From: Acidimicrobiia bacterium
GTDB lineage: Bacteria; Actinomycetota; Acidimicrobiia; Spongiisociales; JAHEDJ01
Assembly: GCA_029210695.1 (NCBI GenBank)
Contig: JARGFH010000017.1
Location: forward strand, 1-63,231
Reading direction: 5' to 3'
Length of the DNA stretch: 63,231 nucleotides
Numbering within the stretch: the first letter of the stretch is position 1; each line of letters opens with the position of its first letter. This document shows positions 28,049 to 37,679 of this stretch, piece after piece. Under the pieces are notes generated by a model. That model saw nothing but the letters and a program-made list of their open reading frames with translations. It had not been told where the DNA came from and did no database searches. The position numbers and the translations under genes are program-made.

Positions 28049-29378
28049 GCGTCCTCCCTTCCGCCATCCGGCGCGCCTGCTCGTCGTCGGTGAAGCCGGG
28101 CGAGCCGTACCGCTCTCCGGTACGGGCGAGAGCCCGCGCCAGGGACTCGACGATGTGCGGATCGAATTGCGTCCCGGCATTGCGCCGAAGTTCGTCAAAT
28201 GCGTAATCCTGGCTGAGGGCCATCCGGTATGAACGGGTGCTGGTCATCGCATCGAAGGCGTCCGCTACCGCCAGAATCCGGGCCTCCATGGCGGGACGCT
28301 GGCCGTGTTGGTGACCACTTCCGCCGTAGCCGTTGCCGTCGAACTGCGAGTGATGACCGGAGGCGATTTCCACCATCGGCCGGAGGAACTCGACCTCGGC
28401 GAGGATGTCTTCCACCACGTGGGCGTGAGCCTGAAGATTCTCGTACTCATCCTCGGTGAGACGGCCTCGTTTGCGAATGAGATCACGCGGGACTGCCAGC
28501 TTGCCGACATCGTGGATCAGGGCGGCGACGCGAACCCGCTCGAGCCGGGAACCACGAAAGCCGAGATCCTCGCCGATCAGCTGAGCGAAGTAGGCGACCC
28601 GCTCGGTATGGCCCCTGGTATATAGGTCCTTGGCCTCGAGGGCTTTGATGAATCCCCGCAGCGTCGCCTCATGGGCCTCCCGGAGTTCTCCGTAGGAGGC
28701 GAAGGTGTAGTGGCCGGCAACGAAGACCACGAGAATCAGAGGCAACACCGCAAATCCGACGGCGCTGTAGACGATGCCGAGGAATCCGCCGAGCACACCC
28801 ATCACGAGGTATGACACGAGAATCATCGCCATCCCCGACCACGGCCGAATGTCGCGCCGCCCAAAGGCAAGGCGCACAATCGTCCGAACCTGGCCGTAGT
28901 TCAACACTGCGTAGACAATGGCCGCCACAGATGCGGCACCTACCACCCGGGCGATATTCCCGGCTGCGCCCGGGTCGATGCCAGACGGGATCAGCAGGTC
29001 GAGCGCAAGGCCGGCGGATCCTGCGCTGACCACCAGCTGTCCGAAGTTCACGGCTGGTTGGAACCAGCGACGCTCCCGGATGTCGCGAGGCACCAGGGGG
29101 CCGAGCGCGGCGATGGTGGCGATGCCCAACGCGGCACTGCTGCCCTCGAGTGCAAAAATCGTGCCGCCGGTGAGTGCCACCATGATGGTCGAACTCGCCA
29201 TTAGCTGATCGTTTATCTCGACGGCCCTCCATTCGAGATACACGAATGGGACGGCGAACGCCGCCCAGAGTGCGACATTGGGGAATGACTGCGTGAGGAT
29301 CAGCGCCGTGAGCACGATCACACCAATCGCCACATAGGCGACGGCCAGTCGGATTCGTACAAGCCTCTGGGTACTCAC
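28035..29378 (-). CDS. Membrane HD-GYP phosphodiesterase
   Basis: Multi-TM N-terminus, EAKD.YT.GH.ERV, HDVGK, HH..FDG.GYG and RILAVADAFDAMTS.R.YR motifs. Confidence 0.9.
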   Translation of the reverse strand: MSTQRLVRIRLAVAYVAIGVIVLTALILTQSFPNVALWAAFAVPFVYLEWRAVEINDQLMASSTIMVALTGGTIFALEGSSAALGIATIAALGPLVPRDIRERRWFQPAVNFGQLVVSAGSAGLALDLLIPSGIDPGAAGNIARVVGAASVAAIVYAVLNYGQVRTIVRLAFGRRDIRPWSGMAMILVSYLVMGVLGGFLGIVYSAVGFAVLPLILVVFVAGHYTFASYGELREAHEATLRGFIKALEAKDLYTRGHTERVAYFAQLIGEDLGFRGSRLERVRVAALIHDVGKLAVPRDLIRKRGRLTEDEYENLQAHAHVVEDILAEVEFLRPMVEIASGHHSQFDGNGYGGSGHQHGQRPAMEARILAVADAFDAMTSTRSYRMALSQDYAFDELRRNAGTQFDPHIVESLARALARTGERYGSPGFTDDEQARRMAEGRTRGQN

Positions 29379-29414
29379 GTCTCGCCCTTTTTGGAAAGAT
29401 GCCCGGACGGGCGC

Positions 29415-29504
29415 TCAGCCAACCTTGAATGATGCAGCACCGGCGACGATTAACGCCGACAAGCTGCTTGCAATCGCAATGAAACGGGCCACTTTGGCCT
29501 TCAT
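29415..29504 (-). CDS. Unannotated 29-aa signal-peptide-like small protein MKAKVARFIAIASSLSALIVAGAASFKVG
   Basis: ATG with AGGTGA RBS upstream. Basic n-region, hydrophobic core, short polar/aromatic tail. Ends 36 nt before the HD-GYP start on the same strand. Confidence 0.75.
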   Translation of the reverse strand: MKAKVARFIAIASSLSALIVAGAASFKVG

Positions 29505-29815
29505 AAGGAGCTATCACCTAAAGGGATGTCTCTTCATAGTCGCTAGTGACCATGACGAATGTTCCGCTTCGCTGTGGGATTAGTTCCTGGCTGATCGCTC
29601 TATCCGGGCATCCTCCTCCCACCGGCATCTGCCGGTTGGACCTCCAAACTTCAATTCCAGAGGCTCCCAAGTTGCCCAGCCCCGCTCTCGGCGAGTCGAG
29701 CCAGCACGCCCGCTCCGCCATTCGTCGTCGAAGACGACTGGCCGGAGCCTACCAGTGCATTGGTTCGCATCTCAATTACTTCGTCGTGCCGGACGGCAAC
29801 GCTACATTGACGGTG

Positions 29816-30433
29816 ATGCGCTATCAGGAACTCGAAGAGACCCTCTGCCGTCTTCCGACCGTTGATGCCGCCAGAGTGGTCGGGACCAATGGAACCATCA
29901 GCGAGATCCACATCCTGGGCACCCCCGGGAAGGCTCCCAAGCAGGTAGTGCGCGATGTCCAGTCCCTGGCAATGGCCCAATTCGGGCTGACCGTCGACCG
30001 CCGGGTCATCTCGGTGGTGCAGATCGAGAACGAGGAGATTGGCCGGAGCGACAGGCCGGCGATCGTCGACATCCTGGAGGAACCGGTCGGATCCCGGCTG
30101 ACGGTGACCGTCACGCTGGCCTGGCAGAACGAGATGATCACCGGGGTAGCGAGTGGCCCCAGTGCCGCGACAACTCGCCTCCGCTCAGTTGGCGAAGCAA
30201 CGGTGGCCGCCCTCGAACACGGCATCGGGGATGACACGGCACTGGCGCTTGCCGCCCTAGAAACGCCGACGATTGGATCCCGCCAGGTGGCCGTTGCACA
30301 GATCGTGATCGTGTCCGGCGGCGAGGAACGGCTCGTCGTCGGATCCGCCCTGGTCGGCCCGAACGAGGCACAGGCCGCAGTGCGCGCCGTTCTCGATGCC
30401 GTCAACCGGCTCGTGCCGGGCTTCAGGCGTTAG
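29816..30433 (+). CDS. Conserved hypothetical protein
   Basis: EIHIL....PKQVVRDVQS......VDRRVISVVQ motif; C-terminal A.VRAVLDAVNR resembles a LeuA-regulatory-like domain. Confidence 0.75.
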   Translation: MRYQELEETLCRLPTVDAARVVGTNGTISEIHILGTPGKAPKQVVRDVQSLAMAQFGLTVDRRVISVVQIENEEIGRSDRPAIVDILEEPVGSRLTVTVTLAWQNEMITGVASGPSAATTRLRSVGEATVAALEHGIGDDTALALAALETPTIGSRQVAVAQIVIVSGGEERLVVGSALVGPNEAQAAVRAVLDAVNRLVPGFRR

Positions 30434-30445
30434 CGCCTGCACACC

Positions 30446-32014
30446 ATGCTGCGCCGGATCGAGGCACAGACGTTCGGGGATGTAGTCGTCACGGCGCATG
30501 ATCTCAGTACGCAAGCCGCAATGGAGATCCTGGCAACAGGCGGAAACGCCGTGGATGCCGCTATCGCCGCCAACGCCGTTCTCGGTGTATGCGAGCCCCA
30601 AACCTGTGGCATCGGTGGCGACCTCTTCGCCATCATCTTTGACCCGGGAGCGGAAGCGCCCACTGCCTTGAACGCATCTGGTCGTGCCGGAGCAGGAGCA
30701 GATCCCAACGCCATCCGCGCGTCGGGTGCAGTGGCGATCCCGTGGGATCACCCACTAACCGCCACCGTTCCCGGATGCGTCGATGGATGGGAAGCCCTGT
30801 CCGCTCGATACGGCTCGATGCCACTTTCCGACGCTCTCACGCCCGCCATCCGGCTGGCCGAAGGCGGGTTCCCGGCCTCAACCGAACTGGCCGGAGCCCT
30901 TCGTAACCTGGATCCGTCGTTCCGCGAGCAGCCGTCGGCCCGGGCCTTCTTCGAGGCCGGCGAACCGCAACGCGGCGATCGTATCCGGCGCCCGGACTTG
31001 GAACGTTCGTTGCGCAGCATCGCAGAGGGAGGGCGCCGGGCCTTCTACGAAGGTCCACCAGGCGAGGCCATCATCGCCGCCACCGGATCTCTGATCACGG
31101 CCGCCGACCTCAAACGGCAACAGGCCGACTGGATAGACCCGCTCGCCCTCGACGTCTTCGGCCGGACAGCTTGGACCATTCCTCCGAATACACAGGGCTA
31201 CCTCACGCTGGCGACTACCTGGATCTTCGATCACCTCGGCCCACCTGCAGATCCGAACGATCCACAGTACGTTCACACCCTCATCGAGGCCTACCGCTCG
31301 ATGGCCTGGGAACGCAACGATCTGGTGTCCGACGCCGATTTCGCTCCTCTCCCCCCCGCCGAACTCGTTTCCCCTCAACGACTCCACACCCGGAGCCGAC
31401 GCATCACCGACCGGGCCGCGACATGGCCAACCGACGCGACCCCACCGGGAGGCACCACCTACCTGTGCGCGCTGGATCGGAACGGGCTCGGCATCTCTCT
31501 CATCCAATCGAATTTCATGGGGATCGGAAGCGGAATCGCGGCGGGCGACCAGGGGTTCTTCCTCCACAACCGGGGAGCAGGATTCAATCTCGTTCCCGGC
31601 CATCCGAACGAGCTTGCACCTGGCAAGCGGCCACTCCACACGCTCTCTCCATCACTGTGGACGAAGGACGGAGGGCTCGATTTGATTCTCGGAACGAGGG
31701 GCGGCCACCAGCAACCCCAGCTCCTGGCCCAGGTCGCCGCGCACCTGTACGCCGCAGGCGATCGACCGGGTACCGCGCAGGCGAGACCCCGGTGGACGAC
31801 TGAAGACCTCTCGGGATCCTCCCGGATTCGGGTTGAGGCACGTATGCCGGAGGCCGTGCAAAGCGACCTGCGCCGCCGTGGCCACGACATCGAGGTGGCC
31901 GGGGATCTCGAAGGTGGGTGGGGGCCAGTGTCGCTGATCACCGTCGATGCGGGCGGACTGAGGACCGGCGCGCCGGACCCCCGGGTAGAAACCACCTCGG
32001 TCGGTGTGCGATGA
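30446..32014 (+). CDS. Gamma-glutamyltransferase family protein
   Basis: GGNAVDAAIA, GIGGDLF, TVPG.V.GW, PPNTQG, TTY nucleophile, SLIQSN and KRP.HTL motifs. Confidence 0.92.
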   Translation: MLRRIEAQTFGDVVVTAHDLSTQAAMEILATGGNAVDAAIAANAVLGVCEPQTCGIGGDLFAIIFDPGAEAPTALNASGRAGAGADPNAIRASGAVAIPWDHPLTATVPGCVDGWEALSARYGSMPLSDALTPAIRLAEGGFPASTELAGALRNLDPSFREQPSARAFFEAGEPQRGDRIRRPDLERSLRSIAEGGRRAFYEGPPGEAIIAATGSLITAADLKRQQADWIDPLALDVFGRTAWTIPPNTQGYLTLATTWIFDHLGPPADPNDPQYVHTLIEAYRSMAWERNDLVSDADFAPLPPAELVSPQRLHTRSRRITDRAATWPTDATPPGGTTYLCALDRNGLGISLIQSNFMGIGSGIAAGDQGFFLHNRGAGFNLVPGHPNELAPGKRPLHTLSPSLWTKDGGLDLILGTRGGHQQPQLLAQVAAHLYAAGDRPGTAQARPRWTTEDLSGSSRIRVEARMPEAVQSDLRRRGHDIEVAGDLEGGWGPVSLITVDAGGLRTGAPDPRVETTSVGVR

Positions 32015-32658
32015 GTACGACCTACGCGCTGCTCGTCAGGCACGGGGAAGCCGTCGGCAATCGAGAAGGCCGGCTCATCGGACAAACAGATGCACCGCTC
32101 TCGGAACTCGGACATCAACAGGCAGAGGCGGTCGGCGTCCGACTCTCGAACCTTCCAATCGGCCGCATCATCTCGAGCGACCTTCCCCGAACCATGCAGA
32201 CGGCGGAGCCGCTCGCCGGCCTTCTCGATCTCGAGGTCGAGACCGAACCCCGGTTGCGTGAGATTGCCAATGGTGCGTGGGAAGGGCGCATGCCCGATGA
32301 AGTCGAGGCTGAGTGGCCCGACCTCTGGAAGAGGTATCGAGCCCACGAAGACGTGTCCCGACCTGCAGGCGAGTCCTGGGCCGAGGTCGGAAAGCGGGCA
32401 GTCGCAGCCATTCGAGAAATCCCGGCTGCCGAGGACAACCTGGTGGTGGTCTTCACCCACGGCGGCCCCATCATCCAGATCCTGCGGTGGGCAATCGGCC
32501 TCCCCCACGACACACACGTGTACACGGGGCCGATGGGAGCGATGGCCAACACCGGGATCAGCACGATCACATTCCCCGAGCCCCGGCTCCTCGGCTATAA
32601 CGATGTCGGACACCTGACGGGCCTCGTTCGCCATCCGGATCACCCGTTCTTTGGTTGA
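32011..32658 (+). CDS. Histidine phosphatase family protein
   Basis: LVRHGE, SSDL.R..QTA, LREI..G.WEG and THGG motifs. Confidence 0.92.
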   Translation: MSTTYALLVRHGEAVGNREGRLIGQTDAPLSELGHQQAEAVGVRLSNLPIGRIISSDLPRTMQTAEPLAGLLDLEVETEPRLREIANGAWEGRMPDEVEAEWPDLWKRYRAHEDVSRPAGESWAEVGKRAVAAIREIPAAEDNLVVVFTHGGPIIQILRWAIGLPHDTHVYTGPMGAMANTGISTITFPEPRLLGYNDVGHLTGLVRHPDHPFFG

Positions 32659-32817
32659 TTTCGCGACCCGGTTGCGGAGGCTGAATGCCGATCGGGCCAT
32701 CCCATCTTTTCCCAGATTCGAGCTTGCGCTCGATTTGCACACCCCCTAGCCTGACCGTCGATCCCACCATCACGAGCATGTGCTGGCTCGCGGGGAACAT
32801 GGAGGCGGAGTTTTTTT

Positions 32818-33615
32818 ATGCGCTTTGTTCGTTTCATCGCGGTTGTTGCGTGGGCCGGCGTAGCCCTCCTGGCGGTAGCCGGGTTCGCAGCTTTCTCCCC
32901 CGGTACCACCGACGCAACGGCTGTCCAAGCTGCGCCGTCGGAAGCGGTTACCGGGGTAACAGACGCGCGCGGTGGAGTTGCCGGTCTGGTCGCTGCACAG
33001 GCATTCTCAGGACGGCAAGTCGAGAGCACGGGGCCCGGGGTTGCCGAGTTCTCGGAGACCGCAGAACTCGAGGTGTTTGCCCGTCTCGTCCCTCCTCAGA
33101 TCATCGCCACCACGACGACCACAACCACCAGCAGCACGACTACCACCACCGTCGCTCCCACGACGACCACCGCTCCTCCGACCACGACGACCCCTACGAC
33201 GGCGCCACCCCCATCGCCGACGAGCATCCCGGGTGACGGAACTGTCGAAGCGACCGGCGGAGTTGGTCCCTGCGGTGCCTCCTACTACGGCGCCGCCTTC
33301 GCCGGGAAGACCACGGCCAACGGCGAATCGTTCGATCCGAACGCGATGACTGCTGCTACCCACTTCGTTGATTTCAACACGGTCGTGACCGTGACGAGAG
33401 TTGACACAGGAGCATCGGTTCAGGTTCGAATCAACGACCGCGGCCCGTACATGTCGGACCTCAAGACCCGGCACAGCAGCCGCTGCATCGACCTTTCTAC
33501 GGCGGCCATGGAGGCACTCAGCGGTACCGGCGCCGGCGTCATCCAGGTGACGCTCACCATGCCGGCAGATACCAACGGTCTCGCCAGACTCCAGGCGAAA
33601 TACGGCGCTCTCTGA
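32818..33615 (+). CDS. rlpA: RlpA-family lytic transglycosylase with Thr-rich linker
   Basis: Signal peptide, ASYYG, TANGE.F...AMTAA, VRINDRGP and IDLS motifs. Confidence 0.85.
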   Translation: MRFVRFIAVVAWAGVALLAVAGFAAFSPGTTDATAVQAAPSEAVTGVTDARGGVAGLVAAQAFSGRQVESTGPGVAEFSETAELEVFARLVPPQIIATTTTTTTSSTTTTTVAPTTTTAPPTTTTPTTAPPPSPTSIPGDGTVEATGGVGPCGASYYGAAFAGKTTANGESFDPNAMTAATHFVDFNTVVTVTRVDTGASVQVRINDRGPYMSDLKTRHSSRCIDLSTAAMEALSGTGAGVIQVTLTMPADTNGLARLQAKYGAL

Positions 33616-33657
33616 TCCGATCCTGCCGGCAGTGATCGAATCTTCTACAATCCTGTC

Positions 33658-34050
33658 ATGAAACGCCTGGCTCGTACGCTTGCATTCACCGTCGCCATCG
33701 CCGCCGGCATCTGGGCGATGCGCGATCGCTTCCTCTCTCTCGCCCTTCCTCGCGAACCACAACCACCCGCCTTCCGCCACCCGGACGATCATCCCGACGT
33801 CCCCCATCGCCCGCATCAGGTGGAACCGACCGTGCAGAAGTCGACCCAGCAACAACCGGCCCGGTCGACGCCAGACGACCTCACGGCGATCAAGGGAATA
33901 GGCCCGGTGTTCGCCTCAAAGCTCTCGGACATCGGGATCACCACCTTCAAAGCCCTGGCCGCCGCCGCGCCCGGCGACACTGCCTCGAAGCTCGACACAT
34001 CCGAATCTCGTCTCGCCGACTGGATCGACCAGGCGCAACAGCGAGCCTGA
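33658..34050 (+). CDS. Membrane-anchored helix-hairpin-helix protein
   Basis: DDLTAIKGIGP....KL..GITTF..LA and WIDQA motifs. Confidence 0.8.
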   Translation: MKRLARTLAFTVAIAAGIWAMRDRFLSLALPREPQPPAFRHPDDHPDVPHRPHQVEPTVQKSTQQQPARSTPDDLTAIKGIGPVFASKLSDIGITTFKALAAAAPGDTASKLDTSESRLADWIDQAQQRA

Positions 34051-34077
34051 GCGACCCGCAACTCGCGAGTCGCGATG

Positions 34078-35481
34078 TCACATCCGCAGCTTGGACACCA
34101 TCTCCCGGGCGTGGATCCTCCAGCGTCCGAGTCCCGTGTAGATAGACAGGCTCACGAGCATCGACAGCAGGATTGGTGGAAGGCCGACTGCTTCCGCGAT
34201 CGGAGCGTCGCTCGGGATCAGAGACTCGAGCGGCGTGACCCAGGCTTCCGGCCCGACCGGCCGCAGGACGATCGCAGTGAAGAAGCCTGCCAACACCGCT
34301 ACGAGTCCGTAGATGTTGACGCCGGCGTAAGTACCTTTTCGCCGGTAGAACTCGTCGGTTTCGTAGTACTTGCGTCTCACGAGGAAGTAGTCGGCGAGCA
34401 GCACGGCCAGCATCTGCGCAATTACCACCACGAAAAGTTCTGTGATCTCCCGGATGGTTGTGCGTGAGACGACGAGTGCAACAACGACGCTCATCGCCAG
34501 GATGGCAAGCGCTTGCACACGACCGGCGAAACGATCGCTGATCGTTGAGAGAGCCGTCGCTCCACTGAAACTGAGGATGAAAGGCTGATCAACGCCCGAC
34601 ACAATCAGCCATCCGACGATGACGACGGCGACGAATGAGGTAACGCCGTCGAGTAGAAAGGCCGTCGGGTCGCCGCCGGTGACGTCGACCGAGACAGCCC
34701 TCAACCCACCGACCAGGACCAGCACGAGGGCTGCGACGCTGAACCCGGTCCCGGCACCCGAGGCGGCGGCTGGAGCCGCGGAGACGAACCGTGCCGTATC
34801 TGCCACAACCGGGAAGAAGACAACGCCCAGAGCCATCACTCCATCAACGCCGAGCCAGAAGTTGTTCGCATCTGGTGTCACCTCGAACAGGGCGACCAGG
34901 TTGCCGTCCGACAAGAAGCTCCAGGCCAGCACCACAATGAGCACCAGCGCCGCCCAGAAGGCAAAGCGATACAGCCAGATCTGGGTGACCCAGGCGAGTC
35001 CGGCCACCAGGAGACCGGTAGCAGCCAGTGCCAGGCCGCCGATCACCAGCGCCTTTGGCAATCCGTCGACTCCCAGTGCATCCAATGCACTGACGAAGGC
35101 TGCGCCGCCGAACTCGAGCTCCAAAGCGGTCCATGCAATGAAGAATGCAACTTGCACCAGTGCAGCCGCCCAGGATCCGACAACACCGAGCGCCGGCCTC
35201 ATCAGCAACCCGGTCGGCACGCCGTTCTCTGCCGCTACCCAGGCCGCAGCTGCGATCAATCCTGCTGCGAACACAATGCCGAGCGGCGCGGCCAGAATCA
35301 GTTGCGAGACCGTCAGACCGAGTCCTGGGTCGACACCGAGGAGATCGATACCGACGATCAACGCGGGGGCTCCAAAAGCCAGGGATGCAATCAGGACTGC
35401 GAATTCGGGCGCCCCGAACGCCCGTTCAGACAGTCCAACGGGGTCACTCGAAGACGTTGCCAGCCAAGGACGTTTTGCCAC
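34078..35481 (-). CDS. NCS1 (cytosine/purine permease) family transporter
   Basis: About 12 TM segments, G.P...R..LG..GS, AD..RF and LLADYF.VR motifs. Confidence 0.85.
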   Translation of the reverse strand: MAKRPWLATSSSDPVGLSERAFGAPEFAVLIASLAFGAPALIVGIDLLGVDPGLGLTVSQLILAAPLGIVFAAGLIAAAAWVAAENGVPTGLLMRPALGVVGSWAAALVQVAFFIAWTALELEFGGAAFVSALDALGVDGLPKALVIGGLALAATGLLVAGLAWVTQIWLYRFAFWAALVLIVVLAWSFLSDGNLVALFEVTPDANNFWLGVDGVMALGVVFFPVVADTARFVSAAPAAASGAGTGFSVAALVLVLVGGLRAVSVDVTGGDPTAFLLDGVTSFVAVVIVGWLIVSGVDQPFILSFSGATALSTISDRFAGRVQALAILAMSVVVALVVSRTTIREITELFVVVIAQMLAVLLADYFLVRRKYYETDEFYRRKGTYAGVNIYGLVAVLAGFFTAIVLRPVGPEAWVTPLESLIPSDAPIAEAVGLPPILLSMLVSLSIYTGLGRWRIHAREMVSKLRM

Positions 35482-35572
35482 CAGGGCAGTCTAGGGAGGT
35501 GGCGCGGCCCCAGCAGGCGGCAGGCAACCTGTGAGAGACCAGGTACCAAGTACCTCTGGGTACCCTTGTGTC

Positions 35573-36604
35573 GTGCCCTACCTGACCCACCCCGACGAAC
35601 TCGTGCAGCTGTTCCCGGATGAAGCGCCCTACCGGTCGCAGCAGCTGTACCACTGGCTCTATCGGCGGCCGACCCTGAGCGCGGCCTCGATGACCGATCT
35701 TCCTCCGGGAATGCGGAACGCTCTGATCGACCGTCTGTGGCCGTTCGTAGTTGAGGTCGAACAGATCACCGACAAGGGATCCACGGTCAAATGGTTGTTC
35801 AGGGCACCGGACGGCGCCGCTATCGAAGCTGTGCTGATGGGGTATCCGGGGCGCACCACACTTTGCATATCCAGTCAGGTCGGATGCGCACTTGCCTGCT
35901 CATTTTGCGCCACGGGGCAGTTCGGGTTCGAACGTCATTTGCAGGCTGGCGAGATCGTTGCGCAGGTCGCATACGCCGGAGCGTACCTTCGGGAAGTCGG
36001 CCTCTCGGTAGGACCCGATCATGTGACCAACATCGTCTTCATGGGCATGGGGGAACCGCTGGCCAACTACGACCGGGTCAGGGAATCCATTCGTCGGATT
36101 GTCGACGACATGGAGATGTCGCCGCGGCGTTTGACCGTCTCGACCGTCGGTCTGGTCCCCGGCATGCAGCGACTGACCGAGGAGCCGTGGCAGCTCAACC
36201 TGGCCGTCAGCTTGCATGCGGCAGACGACGAACTCCGCAATACGCTGGTCCCGATCAACAAGCGGTACCCCCTCGCCGAGGTCGAGGCGGCGGCTGCCGC
36301 CTATTTCGATCGAAAGGGCAGGAGAGTGTCCATCGAATGGACGCTGATCGACAACGTGAACGACACCATCGAGCAGGCCACCAAGCTGGCTGCGATTGCC
36401 CGCCGCCTGGGCGCTCATGTCAATGTGATCCCGCTCAATCCCACCCCCCTCAGCACCGACCAGCCGTCCCCATTCGCCCAGATCCGATCATTTGTCAGAC
36501 ACCTCCGCTCGCTCGATGTCAACGCCACGATCCGCGACACCCGCGGCTCCGACATCGACGCCGCCTGCGGCCAACTTCGGGCCGGCCGCGCCGCGTCGAG
36601 CTAA
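35573..36604 (+). CDS. rlmN: 23S rRNA/tRNA m2A methyltransferase
   Basis: CISSQVGC...C.FC.TG, MGMGEP, SLHA and DIDAACGQL motifs; start approximate. Confidence 0.95.
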   Translation: MPYLTHPDELVQLFPDEAPYRSQQLYHWLYRRPTLSAASMTDLPPGMRNALIDRLWPFVVEVEQITDKGSTVKWLFRAPDGAAIEAVLMGYPGRTTLCISSQVGCALACSFCATGQFGFERHLQAGEIVAQVAYAGAYLREVGLSVGPDHVTNIVFMGMGEPLANYDRVRESIRRIVDDMEMSPRRLTVSTVGLVPGMQRLTEEPWQLNLAVSLHAADDELRNTLVPINKRYPLAEVEAAAAAYFDRKGRRVSIEWTLIDNVNDTIEQATKLAAIARRLGAHVNVIPLNPTPLSTDQPSPFAQIRSFVRHLRSLDVNATIRDTRGSDIDAACGQLRAGRAASS

Positions 36605-36622
36605 TACATGACGAAGAAGACC

Positions 36623-36650
36623 TCAAGGAGTACAGTGACCCGTCCGATTG
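36623..36650 (+). promoter_or_regulatory. Possible sigma28/WhiG-like promoter
   Basis: TCAA-N16-TCCGATTG upstream of the LysM/M23 gene. Confidence 0.35.
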
Positions 36651-36737
36651 CTGTATCGGTGGCTCCCCGCGCTGGGGTTGACATGAGACACCGATGAGAT
36701 AGTTTTGTAGTGGAGCGGGCGGAGCATTGGAGGATTG

Positions 36738-37679
36738 ATGCTCGCGCCGTCGCCTACCCGTCGAACGATCACGACACTGGCCGTCGCCCTATTCGTGATC
36801 GTGTCCGGTGCCACGTATACCGTTCAACCGGGTGACACCCTCTCTGAGATCGCCGCCAAGAACGGGACGACGATCCGAGCGCTCGTCGAGAAGAACAATC
36901 TCCCGAACGCCGACCGCATCTACGTCGGTCAGAAGTTGAACCTCCCGGATGCCTCGGCGGCCGGCGCATCATCTGCGACCCACATCGTCCAGTCCGGTGA
37001 GTCGCTCTCAACGATTGCAGCCAAATATGGATTAACCGTCGTCCAACTGGCGGCCGCCAACGGCATCACCAACACCAACGTGGTGTACATCGGCACCAAG
37101 CTCTCGCTGTCCGGTCCGATTTCGGACTTCACACCAGGTTCCGGATCTTCCGGTGCTCACGTTGTGGCAAAGGGCGACACGCTCGGCAAGATCGCCGCCG
37201 CCTACGGCACGACAGTCTCAGTACTCGCCGAACTCAACGGCCTGGCCAACCCCAATGTGATCCGCATCGGGCAGGTCCTCACGGTGCCGGGCGGTGGCTG
37301 GATCTGCCCCGTTCCCGGAGGAACGTACTTCAACGACTACGGATTCCCTCGCACCGGCGGCCGTTTCCACGAGGGCACCGATCTCTTCGCCACCAGGGGC
37401 ACGCCGGTCCTGGCTCCGGTGTCGGGACGCGTCGAGTTCACAATCGGCACCATCGGAGGCATGCAGTACAAGTTGTACGGCGACGACGGCGCCACCTACA
37501 TCGGCTCCCACATGGACAGCTTCGGAACGGCAGGCAAAGTAACGGCCGGTACCGTGATCGGGTCGGTCGGGGATTCTGGCAATGCCAAGGGATCGCGCAC
37601 TCACCTGCACTTCGAGATCCACCCGGACGATGGAGCCGCGGTCAACCCGTACCCCTACCTCCAGGATGCTTGTCGGTAG
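36738..37679 (+). CDS. Secreted 3xLysM + M23 peptidase
   Basis: Three V..GDTL..IA LysM repeats; H.G.D and HLHFE motifs. Confidence 0.93.
   Translation: MLAPSPTRRTITTLAVALFVIVSGATYTVQPGDTLSEIAAKNGTTIRALVEKNNLPNADRIYVGQKLNLPDASAAGASSATHIVQSGESLSTIAAKYGLTVVQLAAANGITNTNVVYIGTKLSLSGPISDFTPGSGSSGAHVVAKGDTLGKIAAAYGTTVSVLAELNGLANPNVIRIGQVLTVPGGGWICPVPGGTYFNDYGFPRTGGRFHEGTDLFATRGTPVLAPVSGRVEFTIGTIGGMQYKLYGDDGATYIGSHMDSFGTAGKVTAGTVIGSVGDSGNAKGSRTHLHFEIHPDDGAAVNPYPYLQDACR

Noticed and set aside
32660..32817. c-di-AMP (ydaO) riboswitch upstream of rlpA
   Set aside because: Only a GCTGAAT fragment matches; the other conserved motifs are not visible.
33105..33215. ACC/ACG-rich tandem DNA repeat
   Set aside because: Explained by the Thr/Pro linker of RlpA; the same applies to the Ser tail at 6490-6620.
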